Shown: piece by piece, positions 38,737 through 50,877 of the stretch | Layout of the letters: every line of letters starts with the position of its first letter | How positions within the stretch are numbered: position 1 is the first letter of the stretch | Assembly (NCBI GenBank): GCA_016748015.1 | Contig: JAAOMT010000591.1 | Coordinates: 605,050 to 669,049, forward strand | DNA length: 64,000 nucleotides | Direction of reading: 5' to 3' | DNA from: Geosiphon pyriformis uo1 | Taxonomy: Eukaryota; Fungi; Glomeromycota | Translations under genes and position numbers: made by a program | Notes under the pieces: model-generated | Databases searched by the model: none | Told to the model about the DNA's origin: nothing | What the model saw: the letters and a program-made list of their open reading frames with translations, nothing else

Positions 38737-41700
38737 GTGGTGACTATTAGAACAATAGGAAAAGACCACTCCTTGTATGGAAAAGCACTATTTCAATACT
38801 TTTGAAAAGACCTAGGAATACCAGCAGAAATTACTTATGTAGAAAGTAATTTTTGTAACTATATCAATGCAAAAATTGACTGCTTATTAGGCCACACAAC
38901 TAATACAGGAAGACTTGGAGAACAAATCCATCAAAGCTTACTAGGGTACTCAACAGCCACAACTACCTGAGCAATCACTGAAACTCTGTGCATAATCGAT
39001 ACAGACATTAAATATTATGTGGTACAACAATTTCCTCAAGTACAACAACCAATGGAATCTGACCCTGAGGAATACAAAAACAAATCCAATAACCCCATAA
39101 CTGTCCAAGCCAAGTCTATGGTCAACAAGAAACCAAGGGTTTTCTTCCCAATAACTCCATCATACCATCAGACACCCCAGAGTAGAATTGTATTCAACCC
39201 ACCCCCAGAAACCCAGTCGAAAACACCATGAACTCCTGGAAATCCACACCCTTGGAATCAAGACAGTTGGACCAAATCACTAGGAGAATACGGATTGCTG
39301 TTTGGAAATCTTACCCTAGTAACTGGTCAAACATAAGGAAACCCATCAACTTGGGAACAGCCATCAGCACAAAACCTAGCAGAATCAGCATCTTTTCTGA
39401 CAGAAGAAACAGCTATCTTACAATCTATTGGTTCAAGCGACAAAGGAAAACAACCAGCATTAGTACCTGGAGAACACTCGAATATGTGGACACCAATTTC
39501 TTTAAACATAACCAGTAACATCCCACCCATTAACCAGATTATGGCTTACCAGGATATTGCTAAATTGGAAAAATTCTCTGGTGAAGAAGATAATGCATAT
39601 TCTTGGATCGCAGATGCTGAGAAAGCAATTACCACTAATGGTTGAAATAATGATCACACAATTCAGACACTGCTGTTCTTTCTGACCAGAACTGCCGATT
39701 TGTGGTACCAGAGCCTCACAGAGAAGCCTACCTCCTTTACCGAGTTTAAACTCGCATTTCTGCAATACTTCTGTGACCCCAATATGTTAATCCGATTACA
39801 GAATCAATTCAGCATAATTAAACAAAAAGATCATGAAGCAGTAACTACTTATCTCAAACGATTCAATCAAATCCTGCGTCAAATATTAGCTATCGAAAGG
39901 AACTACTACACCATGGCACAAGTTCTTAATCAATTCATTAAAAGATTGCGGAATGGTATTCTAAAATCCATAAGACCCTACTATCTGACCAGTTTACAAG
40001 ACACCGTCGCTCTCGCTTGCAATTTTGAGTCTGCAGAACAAGAAGCGAACCATACCCAAGCCGTTAATTTAGCCATTAATGGAACCTCTGACATCGACAC
40101 AAAAATAACCCAATTGAGTGAGAAATTAACTCAGAAAATTGAGGGATTTTTAGCCAGAACTACAGAAACTTATCAACCACCCCAACAGAGAGAAAATAAC
40201 AACAACAGCAGATACCCACAGCAACAGAACTGTCAGTAACAGCAACAACTTTGGAGATCCAATTCCCACAATTGTTACTACTACCAGAAACCTGAACACA
40301 TTGCCTGTGACTGCAGAAGGAAGATCATGGACCAAAATCAAGAAAACCCATACCAGCAACCCAGATATCAGCAAAACATGGTACTTCAATATTCCATACC
40401 TCAGAATCAACCACTTCTATATGCACAACAAGTCCTATACACTCAACCACTACTCCAGAATTATTATTAACTACTACCAATGACACAAGCAATCCCTCAC
40501 TATCAAACTTCCCCTTACAGCCTGTCTAGACTTCGAGCTATAGACTATAATCAGGAATGAAAGAATCCCAACAACAATCAGGTGCAAACCAACAGTGGAC
40601 TGTCTTGACCAATCCTTCGTGGTTCTGCCTAATCTCAACTAATACCAACTAGATACCCAAATCAAGCTTCCTATTTTGGTCTTATGGAAGACCAAAGTTT
40701 TAATAAATCTACACCTATAGAAAGGGGGGATATAAAACAAATCTCCCAACCTTCCAAGCAAACAAAAAGCAATATCCCACCAGCCACTATTACTGAAGAC
40801 ACCATCATATTTCCTTTTGACATCGATAATTTGAACACCCATAGCCTTTTTAGTGAAGCAGCCATCAATCAAGATAAACCAATAACGGCCCTATACACCA
40901 ATGCCAGAGTTGAAGGAATAGACATTAAATTAATTCTGGATAGTGGATCAGCCAGTAGCATAATCACGAAGCAGCTCATGAACCAACTAGATCGCCGAGT
41001 AGACCATGCTGCTACTGTCTGGATTATTACAGCAAATGGAAACACAAAAACCCCGATAGGAGAAATTGACAACTTTCCCTTCAAGATTAATGGAATCCAA
41101 ATCCCTACTAAAGTACTCGTTGTTACCAGATGAAATTAGAGATATCATTTAGCATGAAACTATCCTATAATTTCTATCATTAATTAGCATATATTATCGT
41201 TTCAAATTATTACTTATGACATTAGCAAAAAATGCCCAAAATTATCATTTAATTAATAACCCAAATTGTACACAACACAAATGTAACCTAATTGCGATGA
41301 TCAATCATGCAATACCCCGAACTATGTAACATTCAGAAGTTCGCCGAAATTTGTAGAAATTCACCGAAATAATTGATAGTTTACCGAAATATCTAATAGT
41401 TTGCCGAAATGTATCTTTAGTTCAGCAAAATTGTAGAAAATAGCAAAGTTTAAGTTCATAGAATAATGTTACAACAAGTTGTATAAAAGAAGAGCTTCTC
41501 TCTTCGAGAAAATGTATCTTACTTTAGATTTATCTCTTAAAACCGTTCCTATATACACAAAAAGAAATAAATATCAAATAATTTGAAAAACCAAATTCTT
41601 TAATTATTGTACTTGAAAAATCTCCAAAACCCAACTAACATTTCGAAATTGATTAGCTACCAATTTCAGTAAACTGTTAGTGACTCCAGGCCTGGATAGA

Positions 41701-44700
41701 AAACGTTTCCCTTGATAAAATTCTATTTCTTTTACATCTCTTTTATTTCCTTTTATTTTCTTATTATAATCATTAGGGTAATCTACAGATGAGATTCCTG
41801 TAGAAGAGTTGACTTTCACAGCAAAGTAACTACACATTTTTAGTGAGCTTCCAGACAAGCAATTCCTGGGAAAGAATTGACGTTTACTACAACGTAACTA
41901 CATAAAGCAACTGGCATGGAATTGGCCATTCCACTTATAAGCCCAACAAGTTCAAATTATAGGAGATAATTTGAAGATAAATTCAGTTACTGGAGGTTCA
42001 ACCACATCCAGAAAACGTGAATTCACAGCAAACAAGTATCAACAACATTACAGAAAAGAGACCAAAAACCTCCAGTAACATCATCATGAAAACTACTCAA
42101 TATTAAGCTCTAGTAGGAAACAATTGGTTGTCAAAAGCCAACACTACTCTCAACAGGAACACTTAAGAACTTCAACTCACATTCAATGGACAGCATGCCC
42201 AAGTCCCAGCTATGTGCGGATACTTTAAAACCCAATGTACCAAGGAACCCCTTATTGAATTCAAAGACACATCAATGTCACCAACCATTGAAACTTATCA
42301 GGTTTCATGGGCGGATGATTATCAAACTGAACTACCCCCACCACCAACCTGGGGAGAAAAAGAAAAAGACAAAGCCGAAAAAGAATCCCAATCATCATTA
42401 CTAGGATACATAACCTTAGACCAAAGAAACTTATTTTACCAACCCCCAAGACTAATATGTGTCAATTGTGGAAAAAAACTATCCACTATGAGCACATGTA
42501 TTAGAGACAACAAAAAATGGCCCACCGCCACCAAATACTATTGCAGACCTTGTTTACTGGAAAGATTTGGATGACCAAAATAACGAGACAAGTGGGACAA
42601 CATGCTGTGTCTTGCATGTGGCGAAATCCTGCCAGATGAAGGACTCTGGAATGATATGCCTGGCAAAGGAGGAACATGCAATGAGGCTTGTCAATACACC
42701 ATATTAATCAATGATTGGGTATGAAAGGAAACCCCCATCGAGGATGCTTGAAAACAAGCCCTCAACAGACTGGATGGTTATCCACACAATGACCATGAAA
42801 TCTGGAGAATGGCAAGTGCCAAGGCTGAAGGTGCCATGCCCAAAGAAATATGAGAAATTAAGGACAACTCTTGGACGCCCAAATATAATGAACCTGACTA
42901 TCCCAAGGATGATTTCTTCATAGATGATCCAGACGCATTTCAGAACTGATATCAGGAATTGGCCCTGACTCGCGAAGAACAGAAGCAAAAGTTGGCTGAT
43001 TTGAATACCAAACTGTGCAATCACTGTTTGATCCCCTGTCACTTCTAGTACTACGACAAATGTGATCTCATGTTCAATCCGTCTCCAAAAATACTGTTTC
43101 CAATTACTGAACTACCTGAGCCCAAAGAAGAGATATTGATCACAGAAAACATGTTGTTTCAAGATCCAACTAAGGATACTGAAACAGAACAGTATCTTGC
43201 ATATTCCGACCTATTCAAAGAACTAGAGCTAAAATGGTACAATGACAACGAGAAAAGAATCTGTCCCAAAAGAGCGCATGACACTGATGCCAGTTTTGAC
43301 CTATGATATCTCAGACAATTACCCATCATTATAGCCTCATATTCCCTCGTAAAAATAGATCTTAAGATAGTATTAGAAATTTTTGTTAGTACAATAGTAC
43401 AAGTTGTCTCTTAATCTAGTCTAGCCAAGAAAAAAATTGACGTAAAAGGAGGAATCATCAATGCCAGTTACACAGGAAACATCATTGTAATGCTACAGAA
43501 CAATTCGAACAGACCCTACAAAATAGAATCACAAGAAAAGATTGCCCAAACTATCTTCCTACCCCTAGTCAAAATACTCCAATTAACTCCAGTAACAACC
43601 TGAGAAGAGTTATGTCTCACTGCCCAAGGAATCAATGGGTTTGGATCAAGTGGAAGAGGAAACGTACCAGTTAATTTCATGGAAGAAAACAGTGACCAAG
43701 TAAAATTTATCAATACTGATATCGTCATCTCCATTCCCCCATATCAACAATACATCCTTAAGATAAATCGAAAGATCCAAGATCAAGCCTTGTTATTCGA
43801 AGCCAGTCCTGAAATCTGTTCTCTAGCCGATGTTGCTAATCTATACCTACTGGCCAAAGCCCATAAACACTTCAAAATCTCCATCCACAACCTGACAGAA
43901 AATGTCATTGAAATCCCTGAAGGGACTCTCATCGGTTCCATATCTGCAGATATTCAGAATTCTGAAAAACTCCAGTCCATTCCAGATTTTACACAATTAT
44001 TCTTATTCTGTGACATTACTTCACAAGTATGGAATTTGTCAAAAGAAAGTTACTTGTTCACACCAGAAGAGATCAATAAATTGAATTTAGGAAATTTAAG
44101 TACCCTGCAACAAATGCAACTCAAAGTCCTTCTGAATTAGTATGTTGATGTCTTTGCCAGCGAAAATGAGTTCAGACGCACTGACATTGTAAAACATCAG
44201 ATTGATACGAGAGACACTCGACCGATTAAGCAATGAGCTTACCACGTATCTCTATTTGACAATAACCTAATTAAGCAAGAAGTGCAACGGATGCTTGATA
44301 ACGGCCTAATCAAAAAATTGTTAAGCCTTTGGTTCTCTTCAGTAGTCTTGGTCACCAAGAAAAATAGAAAAGTGCAATTCTGCATAGATTATTGAAAACT
44401 AAATAGCATTACACGAGGAAATAGTTATTTTACTTCCCTTATTCAGAAAATTCTGGACAATCTAGGGAAAAAGAAATAGTTCTCGTCATTAGATTTAGCA
44501 AGTGGTTACTGGCAAGTTGAAATGGACCCCAAAGACAAAAAAAAAACAGCGTTTACCACTCGAGACGGAAACTTCAAGTTTAACATAATGCCTTTTGGAC
44601 TTTGTAATGCTCCTGCCACGTTTCAATGCCTGATGGATGTAGTATACAAAGGAATCCTTTGGAAATCAGTAGTAGTCTACCTAGATAACACAAACGTGTT

Positions 44701-46860
44701 CTCTGAAACATTCGATGACCATTTGCTTCACCTGCAACAAGTCTTTGAATGCCTTCATAGTGCCAAATTGAAACTCAATCCCAAGAAGTACTTCTTTGAA
44801 AAAACCAAGTTAAAATTCCTAGAACATGTAATCAGCAAGGACAGAGTTAAACCCAATTCAGATAAAGTACAAAAAGTCAAGAATTTTTCAGCTCCAATCA
44901 ACCTTAAAGAATTATGAGAATTTTTAGGATTGGCAGGATATTATTGTCAATTTGTCAAAGGTTTTTTGAACATCACAAAACCATTCCATCAATTGTTGTC
45001 CAAATACATACCGTACTTGTGGAAGGAAGATCAACAGAAAACATTTGACTATCTCAAGCAGTGATTGATCACATCTCCAATCTTGATTTACCCAGATTTC
45101 ACTAAACAGTTCATTGTCGCTACAGATGCCTCGAAAAATGCTCTAGGAGCAGTCTTATCACAAATAGGACCAGACAATAGAAAACACCTAGTTGCCTATG
45201 CTAGTCACAGCACTAGCCCAGCAGAAAAAAATTACAGCACAACAGATCTGGAATGTCTCACCATTTATTGGGTCTACAGACTTGGAAACATTACCTCAGT
45301 CAACCATTTGACCTATATACCGACCACAAAGAACTTATTTGGTTACTCAACAATCCACAACTAGAAGAAAAATATGCAAGATGGAGTACTTATCTGCAAC
45401 AATTCACATTCAAAGTCCATTACAAGGAAGGATCCAAGAACACCAATGCCGAAAGTTTGTTGAGAATACCACAAACCTAATCCCAGACTCATGGACACAC
45501 TCACTTATCAATGACTACATCAGTACCTATCGACACTACATTTCAAGGAGATATTATCTCAACAGGAACAAAGTACCATATAAAAACAAGCCCGAAATTA
45601 TTTTATTCAAGACAACCAACTATATTGATGAGAATGCCAAAACCACCCCAATCCACAATAACTAATCAAGAACAGTGAAAGAGAAACTATACTATATAGC
45701 GTGCACTCAGATCTGACTGCAGGACACTTTAACAAAGATGCTATCTTCAAAAGAACATTAAACTTATACTATTGGCCAATGATATACAAAGACATTTTCG
45801 AATACATGCTCAATTGTGACACATGTCAGCAAAGAGGAGGAGCAAGATCAACAGAACCACTTCAACCCATTCCAGTTGGAAATCTATTTGATAGAATCGG
45901 GATTGACTTGGTTGGATTTCTTTCAATTACATCCCAAGGAAATTGCTATATCACTGTAGCCATAGACTATCTTACAAAATGGCCAGAAGCCAGAGCAATC
46001 CAAGTGGCCAATGCCAAAACAGTAGCCAAATTTGTGCATCAAGACTTAATTTGCTGACATGGATGTTCGAAAGAATTATTATCTGATCAGGGAACACACT
46101 TTGTTAATAATACACTAACTAAACTAAGCCAATGGTTTGGAATAAAGAAACTCTTATCATCACCATACTACTCACAAACAAATGGACTGGTAGAACAATT
46201 TAACAGAACACTGTGCGAAGCACTAGCAAAAATAAGTCATGAAAACAAACAAAAATGGGACTTATTCATACTTTCTGTACTCTTTGCATACCAAACATTG
46301 AAACAAAATATGACTCAGTTCACACCGTTTGAACTAGTCTATGGAAAAAAAGCTACGTTACTGATTGAATGAGTAATACCGTCATACCTAACAGAAACAA
46401 TCAATGAAGAGAATTTTGAAGCTACCTTATACCAAAGAACGTATCAGCTAATGAAAACGTTGGAAAACAATCAAAGAACAGCAGCTGACAATATTAGTTA
46501 TGCTCAAGAATGACAAAAAGAAAGACATGATAAACACCTATCAGAACAACCAATGAAATTCAAGATTGGAGACCAAGTACTGTTATATCGTACAAAAGCT
46601 GAGAAACAATGGAGTGGAAAGTTTGACCCAAAGTGGAATGGTCCATTCCACATACACGAAGCATTAGAAAATGGAGCTTACAAATTACGATTGGAAGACA
46701 GAATTTTAAAAAAAGTAGCGCATAGAAATCGGTTAAAAATTTATCATGAAAAACAGGAATCATTGTCATCAGTACTTTAACTAGGAACACAAATTTCATT
46801 AATTAGACCAAAAGATATACCACAAGATTTGGAACCAATCATCATCATCGAAACATAGAC
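38737..46860 (+). pseudogene. Family C gag-pol: gag, PR (LILDSGS), Cys domain ~42435-43080, dUTPase ~43258-43660, RT, RNase H, integrase with GPF/SH3-like tail
   Basis: MPFGLCNAPATFQ, VYLDNT, VATDAS, MHSDLTAGHF, FDRIGIDLVG, KFKIGDQVLL..KFDPKWNGPF. Confidence 0.93.
41121..42080 (+). repeat. Solo LTR, family B, in the protease of element C (TSD TCGT/TCAT)
   Basis: TGTTACCAG...CCAGTAACA; removal restores KVLVM(E)(A)TQ; no PBS or PPT adjacent; TATAAAA 41482. Confidence 0.95.
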
Positions 46861-46938
46861 AACGGGCAGCAAATTAAATTGGAGAATTCAAATATATATA
46901 GCATCCAAAAAGCAGCAAGAAACGATAGAAATTTCAAC

Positions 46939-47673
46939 ATGGACTTTTCAGATCAAATTTTAAAATTATCTAAACAATTATTTGAAACAATTCAAAAATC
47001 GACATCTCAAATAGAAATAACAATTGATAAAAAAGAGATATGGTACAAAAATAAGAGCAAGAGAGGGGAGAATGAGAGTTCAATTAGAATTAAACATTTC
47101 TTTCCCTACCCACCACCCAAAAGGCAATGTTGGAGGAAAAATTGTCTTTGGACAGGAGGTGGAAAAAAAGAAGGCAAAAAACAAGAAAAAGGTTACAAAA
47201 AAAGATACTTGGTTCTCGAGCTTGAAGAAATAAAAGAAGCTTTAGCTTGTGGAACTGAACTCCCCGAAACAGGGGAGTAGACACCTGACAACGCCCAGAA
47301 ATGGAAAGAAAGACTTTTCCCAGCTTATTGGTTCTACAAAATTGGAGAACAGCTTGACTTGAAAACACCATACGAAGACCTCAGCCAGAAAACGTTCAAC
47401 AAAGAAGCAATACAACAAGTAGAAAAATTCATAGGGAAAAACAACCTGACTCTACATTACAAAGCAGCATACCAACTATATGCTGCCTTCCAACATTGCC
47501 CAAATGTGCTACTGAACGGATCTATGAAAACCATAACGGTTAACAACATAGGACGAATAACCAATCAACAGTTCAAAGACCTACAAAAGGCAATACTCGA
47601 GACAACAATCGAACATTACACAAACGAAGCCACGATAACAGATACATACAGTTTTGCAGAAGCTCAATTTTAA
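46939..47673 (+). pseudogene. Family C third ORF (ORF3) between integrase and PPT; unknown function
   Basis: MDFSDQILKLSKQLF..IEITID and KTFNKEAIQQVE..LHYKAAYQL..MKTITVN..AQF*; homologous peptides in families D and B. Confidence 0.75.
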
Positions 47674-48356
47674 AAAGAGAGGGATAATGTTACCCAAGTA
47701 GAAAAACCGATCCAAAGTTATGAAAAAACATGACCAAAATGTAACATAACACAGAATAATGCGCAATAACATTGGATAACACGTTATAACATAGGATAAC
47801 ATGTAATAACGCAGAATAACACAGAATAGTGTGCAATAATGTAGGATAATGTGTTATAACGCAGGATAACACAGAATAACATGTAATAACGTTAGATAAT
47901 GTGTTATAATATAGGATAACTAGCGATAATATAGAAAAATGAAGCAATAACAGAAACAACAAAGCAATAGCTAGCAATAGCGAGACAATTGAAAGCAATT
48001 CTGTAAAACCAAAAGAATGTATAAAAGCAAGTAGTTGTAGAAGTGAGAAAAGGCAGAGAAGAAAAAATAAATACAAACTTCTAGACCAGAAATTAAAATA
48101 TTCATATCCCTTCATCCTTTATTATCTTCCCTAGTTCATCTTCTGAAATAAATCAATTATTAAAAGAAATCAGAATCGCGAATTCATGTTCTCAAACTTC
48201 ATGAAATTTATGTGAATTAACTCTTGTTTTATACCTCTGTTCTAGAACAAATGCTCTTAAGATAACTGCCTCAAACCTATTAATGATTTGGACTGATTGC
48301 TTTTGATTATGGCAATTGACAATACTAATTTATTTTTTCTCTTTCTTTTTTTTTTC

Positions 48357-48399
<43 letters not shown>

Positions 48400-48797
48400 C
48401 TGTCTTATTTTTGTGGAGCAGCAACATAGTAAAATCGACTGTCTGGGAATAGACTTTGTGATAGCCTGGTAAAAGAGGAAAGCTCTTCCTAAGTTTTGGA
48501 TATTAACATTATCTTGTTAGCTTACCAGAAGGACAAAAAGACAATGCCAGACCCTAATGACTGCACTTGTTAGCTCGGAGAAGAAAGCTCACATTTATAA
48601 AAAACATTGTAATTGACAAAAGACAAACTCTGTGCCTTATAACCAAAGAACTCAATGAGTAAATTCACATCCAGGAATAGACCTTCAGAGACTGATAATC
48701 AAGACTAAGCCAACAGAATTATGTGGAAGATGCATCATCCATAATTGAGAGCACCAAACGTTACCATTTCTCATACCCACCAAGTTTACCCATAACA

Positions 48798-49450
48798 TCA
48801 CCAAAATCAGCCAAAAAAACTAGAATAAATGGGATTTGTTTATACTATTAGTATTATTTGCTTATTGAACAATAAAGCAAAATACTACACAAGCAATACC
48901 ATTTGAACTTGTTTATAGTAGAACTGTTATTTTACCAGTTGAGATAGAAATCAATATGTATCTAACTGAACCAATAACAGAAACCAACTTTCAAAAAACA
49001 TTTTTAAGAAGAATATACAACTTAATAAAAACATTAGAAAACAAAAGATAAAGAGCAGCTGATAATATTCAGAAGTCACAAGAAAAACAAAAAAAATGAC
49101 ATGATAATCAATTATCAGAGAAACCAGTAGAATTCAAGATTGAAGACAAAGTACTTTTGTATCATACCAAAGTAAAAAAACAATGAAGCAGAAAATTTGA
49201 CTTCAAATAGAACAGACTATTTTACATAGAAGAAATTTTAGGAAATAGAACTTATAAATTAAGATGAAACAACAAAATCTTAACCAAAGTAGCACATGGT
49301 GATTGACTAAAACCATATTACAATATAATATTATTATCTACCAGTAATATTGCACAATTAGGAATACAATGAATACTAGTCCAACCAAATAAGATCTCAC
49401 AAAATCTTGAACCAATTATAATTATTGATTCAAATACATCAAATTAATTG
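48798..49450 (+). pseudogene. Inner D integrase C-half
   Basis: Collinear with 52170-52810; PFELVY, EFKIEDKVLLY, KVAHGD. Confidence 0.85.
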
Positions 49451-49502
49451 ACCAAAAAAGTATATAAGGACATAATATATGTGACAAAAAAAACCAAAGA
49501 AA

Positions 49503-50134
49503 ATGAAAATACCAGATCATATTCACATTTTAGCTCAACAATTATTTCAGACCTTAAATCAACAACAATTGAACATAAAAATTACCATCAACCACCAAAC
49601 AACTATCAAAACATCAAACAAAAAAAAAAAAATACACCATACTAGAGACCACAGAACCAATCAAAAAGCTGGTTAGATAAAATAATAGAAAAAGTGAAGA
49701 ATACTTTTGGGAAAATATTTATTATAGTTCTAACAAAAGAAATGTTAAAAAAAAATTAGAAACAATGAATAGAACAACTTCTAATATTATACTACTACTA
49801 TTAGTTGAAACAAAAGTTGGATATTTAGAAATTATATTTTGATAAAACCAAGAGAATATTTAATCAAGAAATAATATAGAACATTGAAAACATTATTGAA
49901 AAGAAAACAAATTTGATACTATATATTAGAGCAATCTATTGACTACATACAATATTTTAAAACTACTTAGAAATATTGCTACACCCTAATATAAAGACAA
50001 TAATCATTAACCAGTGTGAAAGAATAAACAACTCACAAATTGAAAATATAAAAAGCAAAGTTAAACAAATAATATTAAAAAAAGAAGTTATGGACTTAAT
50101 TCAAAATGAAAATTTTAATAAAGCTCAATATTAA
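49503..50134 (+). pseudogene. Inner D ORF3
   Basis: MKIPDHIH..QLFQ..; ends KAQY* at the PPT; TATATAA at 49461. Confidence 0.7.
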
Positions 50135-50147
50135 AAGAAAAAAATAA

Positions 50148-50877
50148 TGTTACTCATAGAAAAAACATACAAAAAAATAATAGGAAAAACAGATAGACCA
50201 ATAGGAGAATAGTAGTTAAACACATAAACATATTGCTTGAAAAATTATAGCACATTGCTTGAAAATGTGAGCAATCTTATAAAACTCAAATTATGTATAT
50301 ATAGCAAGAATATTAGAAACAGAAAAGACAGAACCAATACTCAGATCACTTTGTTAAAACATCTTAGTTAAAATTATTAATATTAATAAAATAATTATTC
50401 ACTATCTAAATTACTTTCTTCACTATTAACACTTTATGTTGATAGTATCCAATACTTGATCATACTAGAACAATAGCTTTTAATCATGGCTATTAACAGA
50501 ATACTATCTCTTTTTTGTCTTGGCTTATTTTTTTATTTTTTTTATTTTTTTTGGTTTTGCTATTATTTACCAATTGATTAAAAATTAAACACATGAAGTT
50601 ATTAACATCAAAATGACTAGTAAAAGACCCAGGAATAAGGGTAGAATACTCAAAAATTGAGAATAGCTTACCAAAAAGATTACTGGCCATTACATTGAGA
50701 AAAAAATTTAACAGAATTGTGATTCTGGGAAATAATAAATAAAACAACACTTGAATCTCTGTTTATTATACAAAAAACTCAACCAAAACCTTTGGATTAT
50801 ATCAATCATATCAGCTATTAAGCACCAAGTTACAGGTTTGTTATTTAATCTGAGATCTTAAATAATCATTTGTAACA
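50148..50877 (+). repeat. LTR family D (3' LTR of inner element)
   Basis: TGTTACTCATAG...TGTAACA; matches 17708-18551 with fewer U3 repeats. Confidence 0.9.

Larger units (their letters stand above)
37584..48797 (+). mobile_element. Structurally complete family C element (LTRs 37584-38674 and 47688-48797, PBS 38677-38693, PPT 47672-47684, TSD TCGC/TCAC) containing a solo LTR B
   Basis: Two ~1.1 kb LTRs TGTTAC..TAACA; all gag-pol domains; host integrase codons (AIAKIS) restored on removal. Confidence 0.96.
17708..50877 (+). mobile_element. Inner family D element (5' LTR 17708-18551, 3' LTR 50148-50877) inserted in the RT of outer D and hosting further nested insertions
   Basis: Two matching LTRs; PBS 18554-18570; decayed PPT ~50133-50144; flanks TCAT/CCAT; host RT reads ..EYY(R)(R) / FI(Q)NFSKL across the insertion. 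Confidence 0.85.

Noticed and set aside
46553-46860. Chromodomain at the integrase C-terminus
   Set aside because: Only the GPF/SH3-like module and a short tail are present; no aromatic-cage chromodomain pattern follows.
46879-47673. ORF3 as a retroviral env
   Set aside because: No signal peptide, furin-site/fusion-peptide arrangement or transmembrane segment is visible, and it is too short.
47581-48115. Hydrophobic antisense ORFs in C LTRs (also 23601-24031, 37700-37978) and other opposite-strand ORFs as genes
   Set aside because: They are low-complexity shadows of A-rich tandem repeats or of TE coding strands; starts and lengths differ between copies.
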